From Gammaproteobacteria bacterium (GTDB lineage Bacteria > Pseudomonadota > Gammaproteobacteria > Tenderiales > Tenderiaceae): a DNA stretch of 64,000 nt. Position 1 is the stretch's first letter. Each line of letters opens with the position of its first letter. The notes beneath the pieces were generated by a model. The model did not search any database and was not told the DNA's origin. It was given only the letters and a program-made list of their open reading frames with translations. The stretch is taken from assembly GCA_021731365.1 (NCBI GenBank), contig JAKFXL010000018.1, positions 940 to 64,939 of the forward strand, read 5' to 3'. Below are positions 1-11,276 of this stretch, piece by piece. The translations under genes and the position numbers were made by a program.

Positions 1-1063
1 ACAGCAGCGCCTTAAAGAAGGCGTGAGTCATGAGATGAAAAATACCCGCGGCATAGGCCGAGGCACCCAAAGCAACCGTCATATAACCGAGCTGTGAGAG
101 CGTCGAATAGGCAACCACACGTTTGATATCATTCTGAATCAGACCAAGGAACCCCATAAACAGCGCCGTTATTGCGCCAATCACCAACACTACACTCAAC
201 GCGGTAGTGGACAACTCAAACAGTGGGGACATACGTGCCACCATAAATATACCGGCAGTTACCATCGTTGCCGCATGAATCAATGCAGATATTGGGGTAG
301 GGCCCTCCATTGAGTCAGGCAACCAGACATGCAGAGGAACCTGCGCCGATTTACCCATTGCACCAATAAAAAGCAGTATGCAGATAACGGTCATCAACGA
401 CCAATCAATCCCAGGTAACACCTGGATAGTCAGCCCCGCCATCTCTGGAGCGGCTTTAAATACATCCGCATAATCAAGACTGTTGAAGTACATCAGCACC
501 GCAGCAATTCCAAGCAGAAAACCAAAGTCTCCCACACGGTTAACCAAAAATGCCTTCATGTTTGCATAGATGGCGGTCTCTTTTTTGTACCAAAAGCCGA
601 TGAGCAGGTATGAAACCAACCCCACTGCCTCCCAACCAAAAAACAGCTGCATGAAATTATTGGCCATAACCAACATTAACATCGAGAAAGTAAAGAGCGA
701 GATATAGCTGAAAAAACGTTGATAACCTGGATCGTCCCGCATATAACCAACGGTATAGATATGCACCATAAGGGATACAAACGTCACCACCATCATCATG
801 GTAGCTGTCAGCTCATCAATTAAAAAACCAACTTCAAACGCGATACCATCGCTAACAGCCCAGCTATAGACCGTTGCATTGTAGATTTCACCATTATTAA
901 GAATGATGTCATTAAATACGAGCGCAGAGAGACCAAACGCAACAGCCACACCTATAATAGTCACCCAATGGGCACCACTACGACCCACCTGCCGGCCAAA
1001 CAGACCCGCAATAATGGCCCCCAGTAACGGGGCAAGCACAATACCGAGATAGATGTTTTCCAT
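1..1063 (-). CDS. nuoL: NADH-quinone oxidoreductase subunit L, N-terminal part (3' end lies beyond window start)
   Basis: Minus-strand ORF starts at the ATG at 1063 (MENIYLGIVLAPLLGAIIAGLF...). It aligns with NuoL/ND5 N-termini (..GWEAVGLVSYLLIGFWY.., ..ALIHAATMVTAGIF.., ..HAFFKALL) and sits directly downstream of nuoK in the nuo operon. Confidence 0.9.
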   Translation of the reverse strand, partial: MENIYLGIVLAPLLGAIIAGLFGRQVGRSGAHWVTIIGVAVAFGLSALVFNDIILNNGEIYNATVYSWAVSDGIAFEVGFLIDELTATMMMVVTFVSLMVHIYTVGYMRDDPGYQRFFSYISLFTFSMLMLVMANNFMQLFFGWEAVGLVSYLLIGFWYKKETAIYANMKAFLVNRVGDFGFLLGIAAVLMYFNSLDYADVFKAAPEMAGLTIQVLPGIDWSLMTVICILLFIGAMGKSAQVPLHVWLPDSMEGPTPISALIHAATMVTAGIFMVARMSPLFELSTTALSVVLVIGAITALFMGFLGLIQNDIKRVVAYSTLSQLGYMTVALGASAYAAGIFHLMTHAFFKALL

Positions 1064-1072
1064 AATTATTTC

Positions 1073-1378
1073 CTATCCCTTCAACGTATCAAGTTGTTCT
1101 ACATTGATAGTACGGCGATTACGGAACCACACCACCAAAATTGCCAAACCAATCGCTGCTTCAGCTGCCGCCACTGTCAATATAAAAAACACAAATACCT
1201 GTCCTGACAGATCACTTAAAAAATATGAGAAGGCTACAAAATTCATGTTAACCGCCAGCAACATCAACTCAATTGCCATCAACAAAACAATGACATTTTT
1301 TCTATTCAGGAAAATACCCGCCACACCTATACAAAAGAGGATGGCGCCCAGCACTAAGAAATGTGACAGTGAAATCAT
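1073..1378 (-). CDS. nuoK: NADH-quinone oxidoreductase subunit K
   Basis: The track ORF 1073..1396 begins with TTG. The ATG at 1378 ([15 protein letters not shown]...) has a GAGGGA Shine-Dalgarno and gives a 101-aa NuoK-like protein (..[13 protein letters not shown]..). Confidence 0.9.
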   Translation of the reverse strand: MISLSHFLVLGAILFCIGVAGIFLNRKNVIVLLMAIELMLLAVNMNFVAFSYFLSDLSGQVFVFFILTVAAAEAAIGLAILVVWFRNRRTINVEQLDTLKG

Positions 1379-1411
1379 GCTTCCCTCTAACCCCAATCTA
1401 TTGTGGATCGC

Positions 1412-2026
1412 TTATGTAGCAGAACCATCATTCTTCTTTTCAGACGCCATTTTTACAATGCGTACTCGGTCATCCCGACGAACAGCAACCTGCTCTCCGA
1501 TATTTTGAACCTTGGTATTAGGACGACGGCGCATTGTCAAAATAATCGCAGCAATAATTGCAACCACCAGAACCACCGCAGCCAACTCAAAGGCATACAC
1601 ATAATCGGTATAAAGCACACGCCCCAACTCTTTGGTATTACTATAATCTGCCGCATGCCTGACGGGGGCCGGCATCTGTTCCAGACCAAACTCTTTTCTG
1701 CCAACAACCGCTATCAACTCAAGAAGAACTATCAACGCCACTGGCACGCCTACATAGGCATTTTTGACAAACCCCTCGCGAAGCACAGAAATATTAATGT
1801 CCAGCATCATAACCACAAATAGAAACAGTACCATCACGGCCCCAACGTAGACCAGCACCAGGGTAATGGCAAGAAACTCAGCCTCCATCATTAACCAAAT
1901 GGCTGCACAGGTAAAAAAGGCCAACACCAGAAACAATACTGCATGCACCGGATTACGGACTGTAATCACCGCCAAGGATGACGCCACCAACACGGCAGAA
2001 AAGAGATAAAAAATTACTGATTCCAT
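1412..2026 (-). CDS. nuoJ: NADH-quinone oxidoreductase subunit J
   Basis: 204-aa hydrophobic protein between nuoK and nuoI, with NuoJ-like composition and position. Confidence 0.85.
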   Translation of the reverse strand: MESVIFYLFSAVLVASSLAVITVRNPVHAVLFLVLAFFTCAAIWLMMEAEFLAITLVLVYVGAVMVLFLFVVMMLDINISVLREGFVKNAYVGVPVALIVLLELIAVVGRKEFGLEQMPAPVRHAADYSNTKELGRVLYTDYVYAFELAAVVLVVAIIAAIILTMRRRPNTKVQNIGEQVAVRRDDRVRIVKMASEKKNDGSAT

Positions 2027-2040
2027 ATAGTATCGCTCAC

Positions 2041-2529
2041 TTAACGGTAAGGTGCATCTTCGGCACGGTCCGCAGCAATCTGCGATTCAAGACGATCACC
2101 CACAACCAACAATTTATCTTTGGTCATGATCTGCTCACCACGCTTTTCAAAGTGATACTCAAATTCCCGTGTCTCAACAATAGCATCCACAGGACACGCC
2201 TCCTCACATAGCCCACAATAGACGCACTTAAAAAGATCAATGTCATAACGGGTAGTGCGACGAGTACCATCATCACGCTGGTCAGATTCGATGGTAATGG
2301 CAAGCGCTGGGCAGGTCGCTTCACACAGCTTACATGCAATACAGCGCTCTTCGCCATTAGGATAACGCCGCAAAGCGTGCAGACCGCGAAAACGGGCCGA
2401 CTGCGGTGTTTTCTCTTCTGGATACTGTACCGTAATCTTTCTTGCAAAGAAGTACTTGCCTGTCAATTTCAGACCCAGCAACAACTCCCACAACATAAAG
2501 CTCTTAACATAGTGGCGCATCATATTCAT
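2041..2529 (-). CDS. nuoI: NADH-quinone oxidoreductase subunit I (2x[4Fe-4S] ferredoxin)
   Basis: 162 aa with two CxxCxxCxxxCP motifs ([12 protein letters not shown] and [12 protein letters not shown]), typical of NuoI. Confidence 0.92.
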   Translation of the reverse strand: MNMMRHYVKSFMLWELLLGLKLTGKYFFARKITVQYPEEKTPQSARFRGLHALRRYPNGEERCIACKLCEATCPALAITIESDQRDDGTRRTTRYDIDLFKCVYCGLCEEACPVDAIVETREFEYHFEKRGEQIMTKDKLLVVGDRLESQIAADRAEDAPYR

Positions 2530-2546
2530 ATCAGGCCGCTCCTTAC

Positions 2547-3611
2547 TTAATCGAACCAGGGGCCAACTTGACCCATAATGAACAGGCCAACCACCACTAT
2601 CCAGACAATGGTCACAGGTATAAAGACCTTCCAGCCCAAACGCATGATCTGGTCATAACGGTAACGTGGAAAAGTTGCCCGGAACCACAAAAACAGGAAC
2701 AAGAAAAACGCTGTTTTAAGCAATAGCCATACGATTCCCGGCACCCACGAGAATAGAGCCCCAAGGACTGGAATACCCTCAAATGGCGAAAGCCAACCGC
2801 CCATAAACATAATGGACGTCAGCACCGCAATCAGAATCATATTGGCATATTCCGCCAGGAAAAATACCGCAAAGGTCATCCCTGAATATTCAACATGAAA
2901 ACCAGCCACGATTTCAGACTCACCCTCAGCAACATCAAACGGGGCGCGGTTGGTCTCAGCAACACCGGAGATAAAATAGACTACAAACAGGGGCAATAGC
3001 GGCAGCATAAACCAGTTAACAATACCCCACTCCCCTTTTTGCGCCAGCACAATCTCCTGTAGATTCAAGCTGCCCGCCGCCATTAGCACACCGACCAAGG
3101 CAAAACCCATGGCAATTTCATACGAAACAACCTGTGCTGAAGAGCGTAATGCACCAAGAAACGCGTATTTTGAGTTAGAGGACCAACCCGCAATAATGAC
3201 ACCGTAGACACCCATGGAGGTCATGGCCAGAATATACAGCAGACCCGCATCCACGTTAGCCAGCACCATTCCCTCATCAAAGGGGATAACAGCCCAGGCT
3301 GCCAATGCTGGTCCCAGCGTAAGAATCGGCCCCAGAATAAAAAGTATCCGGTTGGCGTTGGTCGGGATAATGATCTCTTTGAGAGCCAGCTTCAATCCGT
3401 CGGCAATCGGCTGCAACAGACCTTTAGGACCAACTCGATTAGGGCCAATACGTACCTGTATGTAACCAATCACCTTACGTTCAGCCAAGGTCAAATAGGC
3501 AACAGAAAGCATGATGGGAACCACAATGGCCACAATCTTGACAACCGTCAAAATAATTGTCTGCAACAGCTCAGGGAGCTGGTTCCACATTGTCAGCAAA
3601 GCATCAATCAT
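2547..3611 (-). CDS. nuoH: NADH-quinone oxidoreductase subunit H
   Basis: 354-aa polytopic membrane protein with NuoH/ND1-like motifs (..[12 protein letters not shown].., ..[12 protein letters not shown]..). Confidence 0.92.
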   Translation of the reverse strand: MIDALLTMWNQLPELLQTIILTVVKIVAIVVPIMLSVAYLTLAERKVIGYIQVRIGPNRVGPKGLLQPIADGLKLALKEIIIPTNANRILFILGPILTLGPALAAWAVIPFDEGMVLANVDAGLLYILAMTSMGVYGVIIAGWSSNSKYAFLGALRSSAQVVSYEIAMGFALVGVLMAAGSLNLQEIVLAQKGEWGIVNWFMLPLLPLFVVYFISGVAETNRAPFDVAEGESEIVAGFHVEYSGMTFAVFFLAEYANMILIAVLTSIMFMGGWLSPFEGIPVLGALFSWVPGIVWLLLKTAFFLFLFLWFRATFPRYRYDQIMRLGWKVFIPVTIVWIVVVGLFIMGQVGPWFD

Positions 3612-3636
3612 TCTTTATATTCTCGTCTTCGCTCTT

Positions 3637-5997
3637 TTACACAGGTTTAATAGCGATGGCCGCCGCATTAACACCAAAACCGGCCACACCCGGCAGACCG
3701 GTAGGCAGCCAAACGGCACCATCAGCGACACGATTGTCGATCGTCAGAGGCAATACACAGCACTCATCACCCTGACGTATCTCTACATTCACCGCATCCC
3801 CTACCCCCAACGCGGAAGCTACACTGGCATTAATACGCACAGTGGCGGCATCACCATGGACCGTCGCCTGCAGAGCAGGGGCACGACGAACTGTGGCATC
3901 AGCAGCATAGGCAGCCAGCTCAGCAATACGTACCAGCGCGCTGCTTTTGTCAGTCAACGCTGCTGGAGCAATCCATCCGGTTGACTCAAAGGTCGCGTCT
4001 TTAACAAGCGCCTTGAGTTCATCACGCACCTCCTCTGAAGAGATATATTCAAAACCATCCACTTCAAACAAATTACCCAACACACGTAATACTTTCCAGG
4101 CTGGACGGGTCTCACCCAGAGGTTTTATTGCCCCATTAAAACTTTGCCAGCAACCTTCTACATTGACGTATGTGCCCGATGTCTCTGTAAACGGAGCAAC
4201 AGGTAAAATCACATCAGAATAGGTCAGCGCTGCATCGTTTTTATATGCTGACAAAGTAACAACAAAGTCCGCACTATTAAGGGCATTCAACGCAACCGAT
4301 GGGATGGCTGTATCAAACTCAGGCTCAACACCCAACAACAGATAACCCGCCAGTTTTTCTTTCAACATTGCAGCTGCATTTAAACCAAAAGTCTCGCCTT
4401 TTCCAGCAGCGGCGCGATACGGTAACACGCCCGCCAAATAACCACCCGCACTGTTTGCGCCAGTAGTCAAAGAGCCAAAAGTTGCCCCACTCATCGTGGC
4501 AATCGCCTGTGCCAAAGCACGGAGCACCGCCGCATTAGGCAGTGACTCTGCATACGAACCAAGCAGTACTGTCGATTTTGTGGATGTTTTTAACGCAACC
4601 GCCATCTGGCGCGCAGCATCGCTCACTTCAACATCCGCAAATAGTTTTTCAAGCTCCAAAGGTGCGGTGATACCCGATTCCTGTAACGCCTTGGCTATTG
4701 CCACCAGCACATCTTCCATATCAAGAGGAGCTGCAATAGTTTTAGCATGAACCTTAAAAGTGAAGTCATAATCAACCGGATTAACAAACATCACTTTGGC
4801 ACCATTCATGGCAGCCTTACGAATCCGCAAACCAATAATGGGCTGTTCCATACGCACATTAGAACCAATGAATAACGCCGCGTTTAAAGTATCAATATCG
4901 GCAATGGGGTGACCTAGCGCCGGATAAAGTGGCATCTGTTCCTGATCCGAGAAATCCTGCTGCTGCAGACGAAAATCAACATTGGCACTACCCAAACCAC
5001 GTACCAACTTCTGCAACAGGTACATCTCTTCTGTCGTAGCACTGGCAGTACAGAGCGCACCCAGCTGTGTAGCGCCTTTACTATCAACCACACTTTTCAA
5101 ACCATTGACTGCAAACTCCAGTGCCGTCTGCCAGTCACACTCTACCCAGTCATCACCGTGTTTAATCATCGGCACAGCAATTCGCTCAGGACTATTCACA
5201 CCTTCATAACTAAAACGATCACGATCAGAGAGCCAAGTCTCATTCAGAGACTCATTCTCTTCTGGAACAACACGGCGCACCTGACCACGCAACGACTCAA
5301 TGTGGATATTGGAGCCAACACAATCATGGGGAGCAATAGAACTCACCTTATCCATCTCCCAACCACGGGCATGAAAACGGAAAGGCTTGGATGTTAATGC
5401 ACCCACCGGGCAGAGATCGATGATGTTGCCGGAGAGTTCAGAGGTCATCGCCTTAGCAACGTAGGTACCAATCTGCATATGTTCACCACGCCCGGTAGCA
5501 CCCAGCTCACGGATACCGGCAATCTCCTGACCAAAACGGACACAGCGGGTACAGTGGATACAGCGAGTCATATCGGTCGCAACCAACGGGCCGATATCCT
5601 TATCCTTCACAACACGCTTCTGCTCACTGTATTCGGAGTGCGAGCTACCGTATCCCATCGCCAAGTCCTGCAGGTCGCACTCACCCCCCTGATCACAAAT
5701 TGGGCAATCGAGCGGATGATTAATCAGAAGAAACTCCATGACCCCCTTCTGGGCAGCCACCGCTTTTCTGGAGCGGGTATAGACCTTCATGCCATCGGTA
5801 ATAGGTGTGGCACAAGCAGGCAACGGCTTAGCGGCTTTTTCCACCTCCACCAGACACATCCGGCAGTTAGCGGCAACGGAGAGTTTTTTGTGGTAACAAA
5901 AACGGGGGATGGGGATGCCTGCGTCATCGGCGGCTTCAATAATCATTGAGCCATCTTTAGCATCGATTGTCCTACCGTCGATCTCTATTTTTACCAT
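3637..5997 (-). CDS. nuoG: NADH-quinone oxidoreductase subunit G
   Basis: The track ORF starts with TTG at 6036. The family N-terminus begins at the ATG at 5997 (MVKIEIDGRTIDAKDGSMIIEAA...CYHKKLSVAANCRMCLVEV). It has 2Fe-2S and 4Fe-4S cysteine clusters and a molybdopterin-like domain. Confidence 0.9.
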   Translation of the reverse strand: MVKIEIDGRTIDAKDGSMIIEAADDAGIPIPRFCYHKKLSVAANCRMCLVEVEKAAKPLPACATPITDGMKVYTRSRKAVAAQKGVMEFLLINHPLDCPICDQGGECDLQDLAMGYGSSHSEYSEQKRVVKDKDIGPLVATDMTRCIHCTRCVRFGQEIAGIRELGATGRGEHMQIGTYVAKAMTSELSGNIIDLCPVGALTSKPFRFHARGWEMDKVSSIAPHDCVGSNIHIESLRGQVRRVVPEENESLNETWLSDRDRFSYEGVNSPERIAVPMIKHGDDWVECDWQTALEFAVNGLKSVVDSKGATQLGALCTASATTEEMYLLQKLVRGLGSANVDFRLQQQDFSDQEQMPLYPALGHPIADIDTLNAALFIGSNVRMEQPIIGLRIRKAAMNGAKVMFVNPVDYDFTFKVHAKTIAAPLDMEDVLVAIAKALQESGITAPLELEKLFADVEVSDAARQMAVALKTSTKSTVLLGSYAESLPNAAVLRALAQAIATMSGATFGSLTTGANSAGGYLAGVLPYRAAAGKGETFGLNAAAMLKEKLAGYLLLGVEPEFDTAIPSVALNALNSADFVVTLSAYKNDAALTYSDVILPVAPFTETSGTYVNVEGCWQSFNGAIKPLGETRPAWKVLRVLGNLFEVDGFEYISSEEVRDELKALVKDATFESTGWIAPAALTDKSSALVRIAELAAYAADATVRRAPALQATVHGDAATVRINASVASALGVGDAVNVEIRQGDECCVLPLTIDNRVADGAVWLPTGLPGVAGFGVNAAAIAIKPV

Positions 5998-6075
5998 CTG
6001 GCGTCCCGTTACCCTTATCTGATTCAACACATTCAATTCGCTGAGTTAAGCCACACTAGCCTGCACAACTCGAGG

Positions 6076-7341
6076 TCAAACCATACATTTGCCGTGGTCG
6101 ATATGATATTGAAACTCATCGCGGAAATGTTTGATAAAACTTGCTACTGGCATGGCCGCAGCATCACCGAGCGCACATATAGTTCGCCCCATAATCTTCG
6201 CTGCAACGTCATCAAGCTTGTCAAGATCATCCTGCCTGCCATGCCCATGTTCAATACGGTGCACAACACGCGACAGCCAGCCCGTGCCTTCGCGACACGG
6301 CGTACACTGGCCACAGGACTCTTCATAATAAAAGTGCGAAAGCCTGGACAACGCCTTAACCATACACATACTGTCATCGATAACAATAACCGAACCTGCG
6401 CCCAGCATAGAACCCGCTTTGCTGATGGAATCATAATCCATCGTCAAGTCCATCATAATATGTGCGGGCAACACCGGTGTTGAAGAGCCACCCGGTATAA
6501 CCGCCTTAAGTTTATGCCCCGTCCGAACACCTCCCGCCATCTCTAACATTTCTGCAAAAGGAGTTCCCATCGGAATCTCATAATTACCTGGTTTATTCAC
6601 GTGGCCAGTCACTGAAAACAGTTTGGGGCCACCATTATTGGGCTTACCAATCTCCAAAAACCATTGACCACCGTTGGCGAGTATCTGCGGGATTGATGCC
6701 AGTGTCTCAGTATTATTAATCGTCGTCGGACGACCATAAAGTCCATAACTGGCGGGGAACGGCGGCTTAAAACGGGGCTGCCCTTTTTTGCCTTCCAATG
6801 ATTCCAGCAGCGCAGTCTCTTCACCACAGATGTAAGCCCCTGCGCCCAGATGTGTATCGAGATCAAAATCGATACCACTGCCCATGATATTTTTACCCAG
6901 AAGTCCGGCGGCACGCGCATCTTCAATAGCACTCTGAAAACGCTCATAGGGCTCCCAGAATTCACCACGAATGTAGTTATAACCTTTGGTAGCACCGATG
7001 GTATAACCAGCAATCGCCATGCCTTCAATCAGCTGATGGGGATTAAAACGAAGTATGTCACGATCTTTACAGGTACCCGGCTCACCTTCATCAGAGTTAC
7101 AGACAATATATTTCTGGCCCGCTGAGTTACGAGGCATAAAACTCCACTTGAGCCCCGTAGGGAAACCCGCACCACCACGACCACGCAGCGCCGATATTTT
7201 CACCTGATCGATAATCGTTTCAGCAGGCGTTTTCTCTTTAAGAATTTTTTTCCACTGCTCATAACCACCTGTACTCTGGTAGACATCCAGCGTCCAGGGC
7301 TTATCAAGATGATTATTGCGAAAACAGATTTCATTGGCCAT
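6076..7341 (-). CDS. nuoF: NADH-quinone oxidoreductase subunit F (NADH/FMN-binding)
   Basis: 421 aa with ..[13 protein letters not shown].. (FMN/NADH site) and a C-terminal CxxCxxC..C cluster ([12 protein letters not shown]). Confidence 0.95.
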   Translation of the reverse strand: MANEICFRNNHLDKPWTLDVYQSTGGYEQWKKILKEKTPAETIIDQVKISALRGRGGAGFPTGLKWSFMPRNSAGQKYIVCNSDEGEPGTCKDRDILRFNPHQLIEGMAIAGYTIGATKGYNYIRGEFWEPYERFQSAIEDARAAGLLGKNIMGSGIDFDLDTHLGAGAYICGEETALLESLEGKKGQPRFKPPFPASYGLYGRPTTINNTETLASIPQILANGGQWFLEIGKPNNGGPKLFSVTGHVNKPGNYEIPMGTPFAEMLEMAGGVRTGHKLKAVIPGGSSTPVLPAHIMMDLTMDYDSISKAGSMLGAGSVIVIDDSMCMVKALSRLSHFYYEESCGQCTPCREGTGWLSRVVHRIEHGHGRQDDLDKLDDVAAKIMGRTICALGDAAAMPVASFIKHFRDEFQYHIDHGKCMV

Positions 7342-7347
7342 AAGATT

Positions 7348-7854
7348 CTACTCGAGACTATCCAAAATGGAGTCTATCTTCTCCGGTGTCAGATCTTCGT
7401 AATATACCCGTCCAATCTGCATCATTGGCGCACCGGCACAAGCACCCAAGCACTCCACCTCTTTCATGCTGAACTTACCATCAGCACTCATCTCGCCAAA
7501 CTTGATACCCAATCGCTTTTGCAGATGGCCTACCACTTCCTCTGAACCGCGCAACAGACATGAAATATTGGTACAAACGCACACCTTATGACGCCCCACA
7601 GGTTTAAGCTCATACATCGAGTAAAATGTGGCCACTTCATAAACAGCAATCGCAGGCATATCCAGATACTCTGCCACTGCATCCATCAAATCATTTGTCA
7701 ACCAGCCACCATTTTGATCTTGCAGAATCCGCAAAGCAGCCATAGACGCAGACTGCTTCTGATCAGCCGGATACTTGGCAATCCACATATCAATTTCAGC
7801 GCGGGACGCTGGGGTGATCAAATCCAGTTTACTTTGGGACATCTGTTGGGACAT
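7348..7854 (-). CDS. nuoE: NADH-quinone oxidoreductase subunit E
   Basis: 168 aa with thioredoxin-like 2Fe-2S motifs (..CVCTNISCLLRG.., ..CLGACAGAPMM..). Confidence 0.93.
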   Translation of the reverse strand: MSQQMSQSKLDLITPASRAEIDMWIAKYPADQKQSASMAALRILQDQNGGWLTNDLMDAVAEYLDMPAIAVYEVATFYSMYELKPVGRHKVCVCTNISCLLRGSEEVVGHLQKRLGIKFGEMSADGKFSMKEVECLGACAGAPMMQIGRVYYEDLTPEKIDSILDSLE

Positions 7855-9107
7855 CAGCGATCCACCTCTCCAAACACGATATCTTGTGTACCGATAATTG
7901 TGACAACATCAGCAATCATATGGCCACGGGACATCTCATCCAGACCAGCCATATGAGCAAACCCGGGCGCTCTAATCTTCATGCGATACGGTTTATTAGC
8001 ACCGTCGGAGACCAAGTAGACACCAAACTCTCCCTTTGGATGTTCAACTGCCGCATACGCCTCACCCACCGGCAGACAATACCCTTCGGTATAAAGCTTA
8101 AAGTGGTGAATCAACGCCTCCATATCGCCCTTCATAAGCTCGCGGTTTGGTGCAGACACCTTGTAATTATCCACCTTCACTGGACCAGGATTTTTACGCA
8201 ACCAATCAACACACTGCTTGATAATATGGTTAGATTGACGCATCTCTTCAACACGCACCAGATAACGATCGTAGCTGTCACCTTCAACACCCACTGGAAT
8301 ATCAAAATCAAGACGGTCATACACTTCGTAAGGCTGTTTTTTACGCAAATCCCACTCAATGCCAGAACCGCGCAGCATTGGGCCAGTAAACCCCATCTGC
8401 AAAGCACGCTCCGGGGAGACAACACCAATACCTACCGTGCGCTGCTTCCAGATACGATTATCTGTCAGGAGTGTTTCATACTCATCCACGTACGTTGGAA
8501 AACGTTGTGTAAAGTCTTCGATAAAGTCGAGCAACGAACCCTGTCGATTACGGTTCATGCGATCCACATCACGGGCATTATGCCACTTGGATGGCTGATA
8601 ATGAGGCATCCGATCCGGCAAATCACGTGCTACACCGCCTGGGCGATAATAAGTAGCGTGCATGCGCGCACCCGAAACAGCTTCGTAAGCGTCGAGCAGA
8701 TCCTCACGTTCACGGAAGGCATACAAAAAGACCGTCATCGCGCCAATATCAAGTGCATGGGCACCGAGCCAGAGCAGATGATTTAGAATACGGGTCATCT
8801 CATCAAACATGACACGAATGTATTGGGCGCGCAGCGGGATCTCCATCCCAAGAAGTTTTTCAATGGCCAATACATAACCATGCTCATTGCACATCATGGA
8901 GACATAATCGAGACGGTCCATATAACCAATGTTTTGATTATAAGGCTTGCCTTCAGCAAGCTTTTCGGTAGCGCGATGCAAAAGGCCGATATGCGGATCC
9001 GCACGCTCAATCACCTCGCCATCAAGCTCCAACACCAGACGCAGCACTCCATGCGCCGATGGATGCTGTGGACCAAAGTTCATAGTGTAATTACGAATTT
9101 CAGCCAC
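7854..9107 (-). CDS. nuoD: NADH-quinone oxidoreductase subunit D (not fused to NuoC)
   Basis: 417 aa beginning M(GTG)[23 protein letters not shown], the conserved NuoD/49-kDa N-terminus. It is a separate gene from nuoC. Confidence 0.92.
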   Translation of the reverse strand: MAEIRNYTMNFGPQHPSAHGVLRLVLELDGEVIERADPHIGLLHRATEKLAEGKPYNQNIGYMDRLDYVSMMCNEHGYVLAIEKLLGMEIPLRAQYIRVMFDEMTRILNHLLWLGAHALDIGAMTVFLYAFREREDLLDAYEAVSGARMHATYYRPGGVARDLPDRMPHYQPSKWHNARDVDRMNRNRQGSLLDFIEDFTQRFPTYVDEYETLLTDNRIWKQRTVGIGVVSPERALQMGFTGPMLRGSGIEWDLRKKQPYEVYDRLDFDIPVGVEGDSYDRYLVRVEEMRQSNHIIKQCVDWLRKNPGPVKVDNYKVSAPNRELMKGDMEALIHHFKLYTEGYCLPVGEAYAAVEHPKGEFGVYLVSDGANKPYRMKIRAPGFAHMAGLDEMSRGHMIADVVTIIGTQDIVFGEVDR

Positions 9108-9109
9108 GA

Positions 9110-9718
9110 TTATCTACCCTTTGCCATTTTTTCGTAACGGTTATCATCACGAATCACACGCGGGACATTAACGCGCAACTCTATTGATACCGGCTCATAC
9201 ACAACACGTTTACGTTCAGGGTCATAGCGCATCTCCACATGACCTATCAACGGAAAGTCCTTTCGGAAAGGATGGCCAATAAAGCCATAGTCAGTCAAGA
9301 GCCTGCGTAAATCAGGATGATCCTCAAAGAGTATGCCAAACAGGTCAAACGCCTCACGCTCATACCAGTTTGCCGCGCTCCATATGTTAACAACCGAGCT
9401 GATCTTAGGCTCGTCATCATCCACAAAAACACGCACCCTCAAACGCACATTATTCTTGATAGAGAGCAGGTGGTAGACAACAGCAAAACGTGATCCCTGC
9501 CAGCGGCTAGAGCCATATTCAAGGTAATCCACGCCACACAGGTCTATCAGCTGCTCAAAATGAAACTCAGGATCATCGCGCAGGAGAGTGCATACATCAA
9601 CCACTTGGGCGGCGGCAATCTCAACAGTGACTTCATCTACCGCAACACGACAGCTCTGCAAAATCTCGCCAAAACGGGCGTGAAGGGATTCAACCAATTT
9701 CTCAAGCGTAATAGACAT
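9110..9718 (-). CDS. nuoC: NADH-quinone oxidoreductase subunit C
   Basis: 202-aa 30-kDa subunit family, ATG start, immediately upstream of nuoD. Confidence 0.9.
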   Translation of the reverse strand: MSITLEKLVESLHARFGEILQSCRVAVDEVTVEIAAAQVVDVCTLLRDDPEFHFEQLIDLCGVDYLEYGSSRWQGSRFAVVYHLLSIKNNVRLRVRVFVDDDEPKISSVVNIWSAANWYEREAFDLFGILFEDHPDLRRLLTDYGFIGHPFRKDFPLIGHVEMRYDPERKRVVYEPVSIELRVNVPRVIRDDNRYEKMAKGR

Positions 9719-9728
9719 TAATCAACTC

Positions 9729-10205
9729 TCAACGCGCAATGGTATTAGTACGGCGGATTTTATTCTGCAACTGAATTATCCCGTAGAGCAGAGCTTCTGC
9801 CGTTGGGGGACAACCCGGCACATAAATATCCACAGGCACAATCCTGTCGCAACCGCGAACCACAGCATAAGAGTAGTGGTAGTATCCACCACCATTAGCG
9901 CATGATCCCATGGAGATAACCCAACGCGGTTCCGACATCTGGTCATACACCTTACGTAGCGCAGGTGCCATTTTATTGACCAGCGTCCCGGCCACAATCA
10001 TCACATCTGACTGACGGGGACTGGGGCGAAAAACCACACCAAAACGATCCAGATCGTAACGGGCTGCACCTGCATGCATCATTTCAACAGCACAACAGGC
10101 CAAACCAAATGTCATTGGCCAAAGCGAACCTGTACGCGCCCAGTTAATAAGCTTGTCGGCAGTTGTGGTAACAACCCCCTTCTCGAGAATGCCTTCTATT
10201 CCCAC
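9729..10205 (-). CDS. nuoB: NADH-quinone oxidoreductase subunit B
   Basis: The track ORF starts with GTG at 10226. An internal GTG at 10205 gives the typical N-terminus (M)[13 protein letters not shown]...[16 protein letters not shown]...CPGCPP. It overlaps the 3' end of nuoA by about 10 nt. Confidence 0.85.
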   Translation of the reverse strand: MGIEGILEKGVVTTTADKLINWARTGSLWPMTFGLACCAVEMMHAGAARYDLDRFGVVFRPSPRQSDVMIVAGTLVNKMAPALRKVYDQMSEPRWVISMGSCANGGGYYHYSYAVVRGCDRIVPVDIYVPGCPPTAEALLYGIIQLQNKIRRTNTIAR

Positions 10206-10552
10206 TCCAAAGCCCCTTTTTTCCACTCATATATAAAGCCTACAACCAGAATGCCAAGAAACACCATCATGGAGAGAAAGCCAAACATCCCGATCTCCTT
10301 AAGCACCACTGCCCAAGGAAAGAGAAAAGCAATTTCGAGATCAAATATTATGAAAAGAATAGCGACCAGGTAGTAGCGCACATCAAACTTCATGCGCGAA
10401 TCCTCAAACGCCTCAAAACCGCACTCATACGGCGACAGCTTTGCACTGTCTGGACGATGGGGTGCCAACACAAAACCGGCAACAACAGGTCCCACACCAA
10501 ATAAAATGGCAAGTACGAGGAAGATCAAAACCGGCAAGTAATTTTCTAACAT
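10196..10552 (-). CDS. nuoA: NADH-quinone oxidoreductase subunit A
   Basis: 118-aa small membrane subunit ([19 protein letters not shown]...), the first gene of the nuo operon. Confidence 0.9.
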   Translation of the reverse strand: MLENYLPVLIFLVLAILFGVGPVVAGFVLAPHRPDSAKLSPYECGFEAFEDSRMKFDVRYYLVAILFIIFDLEIAFLFPWAVVLKEIGMFGFLSMMVFLGILVVGFIYEWKKGALEWE

Positions 10553-10811
10553 TTAAGTCGCCCTCCCATTACTCGACTCTTGATTAACTTCAAGACCGGA
10601 ACATAAAAACTCAACAAACATGGCCGCTACTGTTATTTTATTTATAGCGTTGGAGGGGCAGTCTAGGCTAGTTATTCGCGCAGTGTCAACCCAAATAACC
10701 CGGACAGAAGCCGCTGCATTCATGAGGTTAGCGATGCTCTTATTTTCGCACTAGATCAAACAACACAAACTTATCATTTTTATTATTTAAGCAGTCTTGC
10801 TGCCTTTAATT

Positions 10812-10896
10812 TGGTGCCGATGGCCGGACTCGAACCGGCACAGCTTGCGCCACTACCCCCTCAAGATAGCGTGTCTACCAATTTCACCACATCGGC
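10812..10896 (-). tRNA. tRNA-Leu (anticodon GAG)
   Basis: Minus-strand read is GCCGATGTGGTGAAATTGGTAGACACGCTATCTTGAGGGGGTAGTGGCGCAAGCTGTGCCGGTTCGAGTCCGGCCATCGGCACCA. It has a cloverleaf with a long variable arm, the anticodon loop cuuGAGgg, an encoded CCA end and a TTCGAGT T-loop. Its position after secG matches E. coli leuU. Confidence 0.9.
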
Positions 10897-10918
10897 AATT
10901 CTTTACAAATCAAAAATC

Positions 10919-11245
10919 TTAATTGGCCGGAAGCACTGGCTTATCTGACGGCAAATCCAGTGATGGCTTATCAGTCACTGATTGAGTCGACTCAATCACG
11001 CTTTTATGCTCCCCGCGGTGCCCGCCAAAGTAACTCAGCGTAAGGCTGGTCACAAAAAAGAGCGTCGCAACTAACGCTGTAGCGCGAGTCAAAAACGAAG
11101 CTGAACCCTGACTACCAAACACAGTTGACGAGGCGCCGCTACCAAAAGCCGCGCCCACATCTGCACCCTTACCGCGCTGAACAAGCACCAATACAATCAG
11201 TGTAATCGTCAACACAATATGAATCACAGTAAATACTGCAACCAT
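10919..11245 (-). CDS. secG: preprotein translocase subunit SecG
   Basis: ATG start at 11245 (MVAVFTVIHIVLTITLIVLVLVQRGKGADVGAAFGSGASSTVFG...), a close match to SecG. Confidence 0.92.
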   Translation of the reverse strand: MVAVFTVIHIVLTITLIVLVLVQRGKGADVGAAFGSGASSTVFGSQGSASFLTRATALVATLFFVTSLTLSYFGGHRGEHKSVIESTQSVTDKPSLDLPSDKPVLPAN

Positions 11246-11276
11246 CAAACCTTCCCCTGATTACCAGCCACAGCGC

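Noticed and set aside
7884-8786. 300-aa plus-strand ORF antisense to nuoD, and similar long antisense ORFs (14362..15273 vs ftsH, 37104..37871 vs nadK, 32668..33411 vs dnaJ, 61745..62530 vs nirB, 33838..34347 vs dnaK)
   Set aside because: Each lies entirely within a strongly conserved housekeeping gene on the opposite strand or in another frame. Their sequences are low-complexity or His/Arg-rich, as is typical of spurious ORFs in GC-rich DNA.
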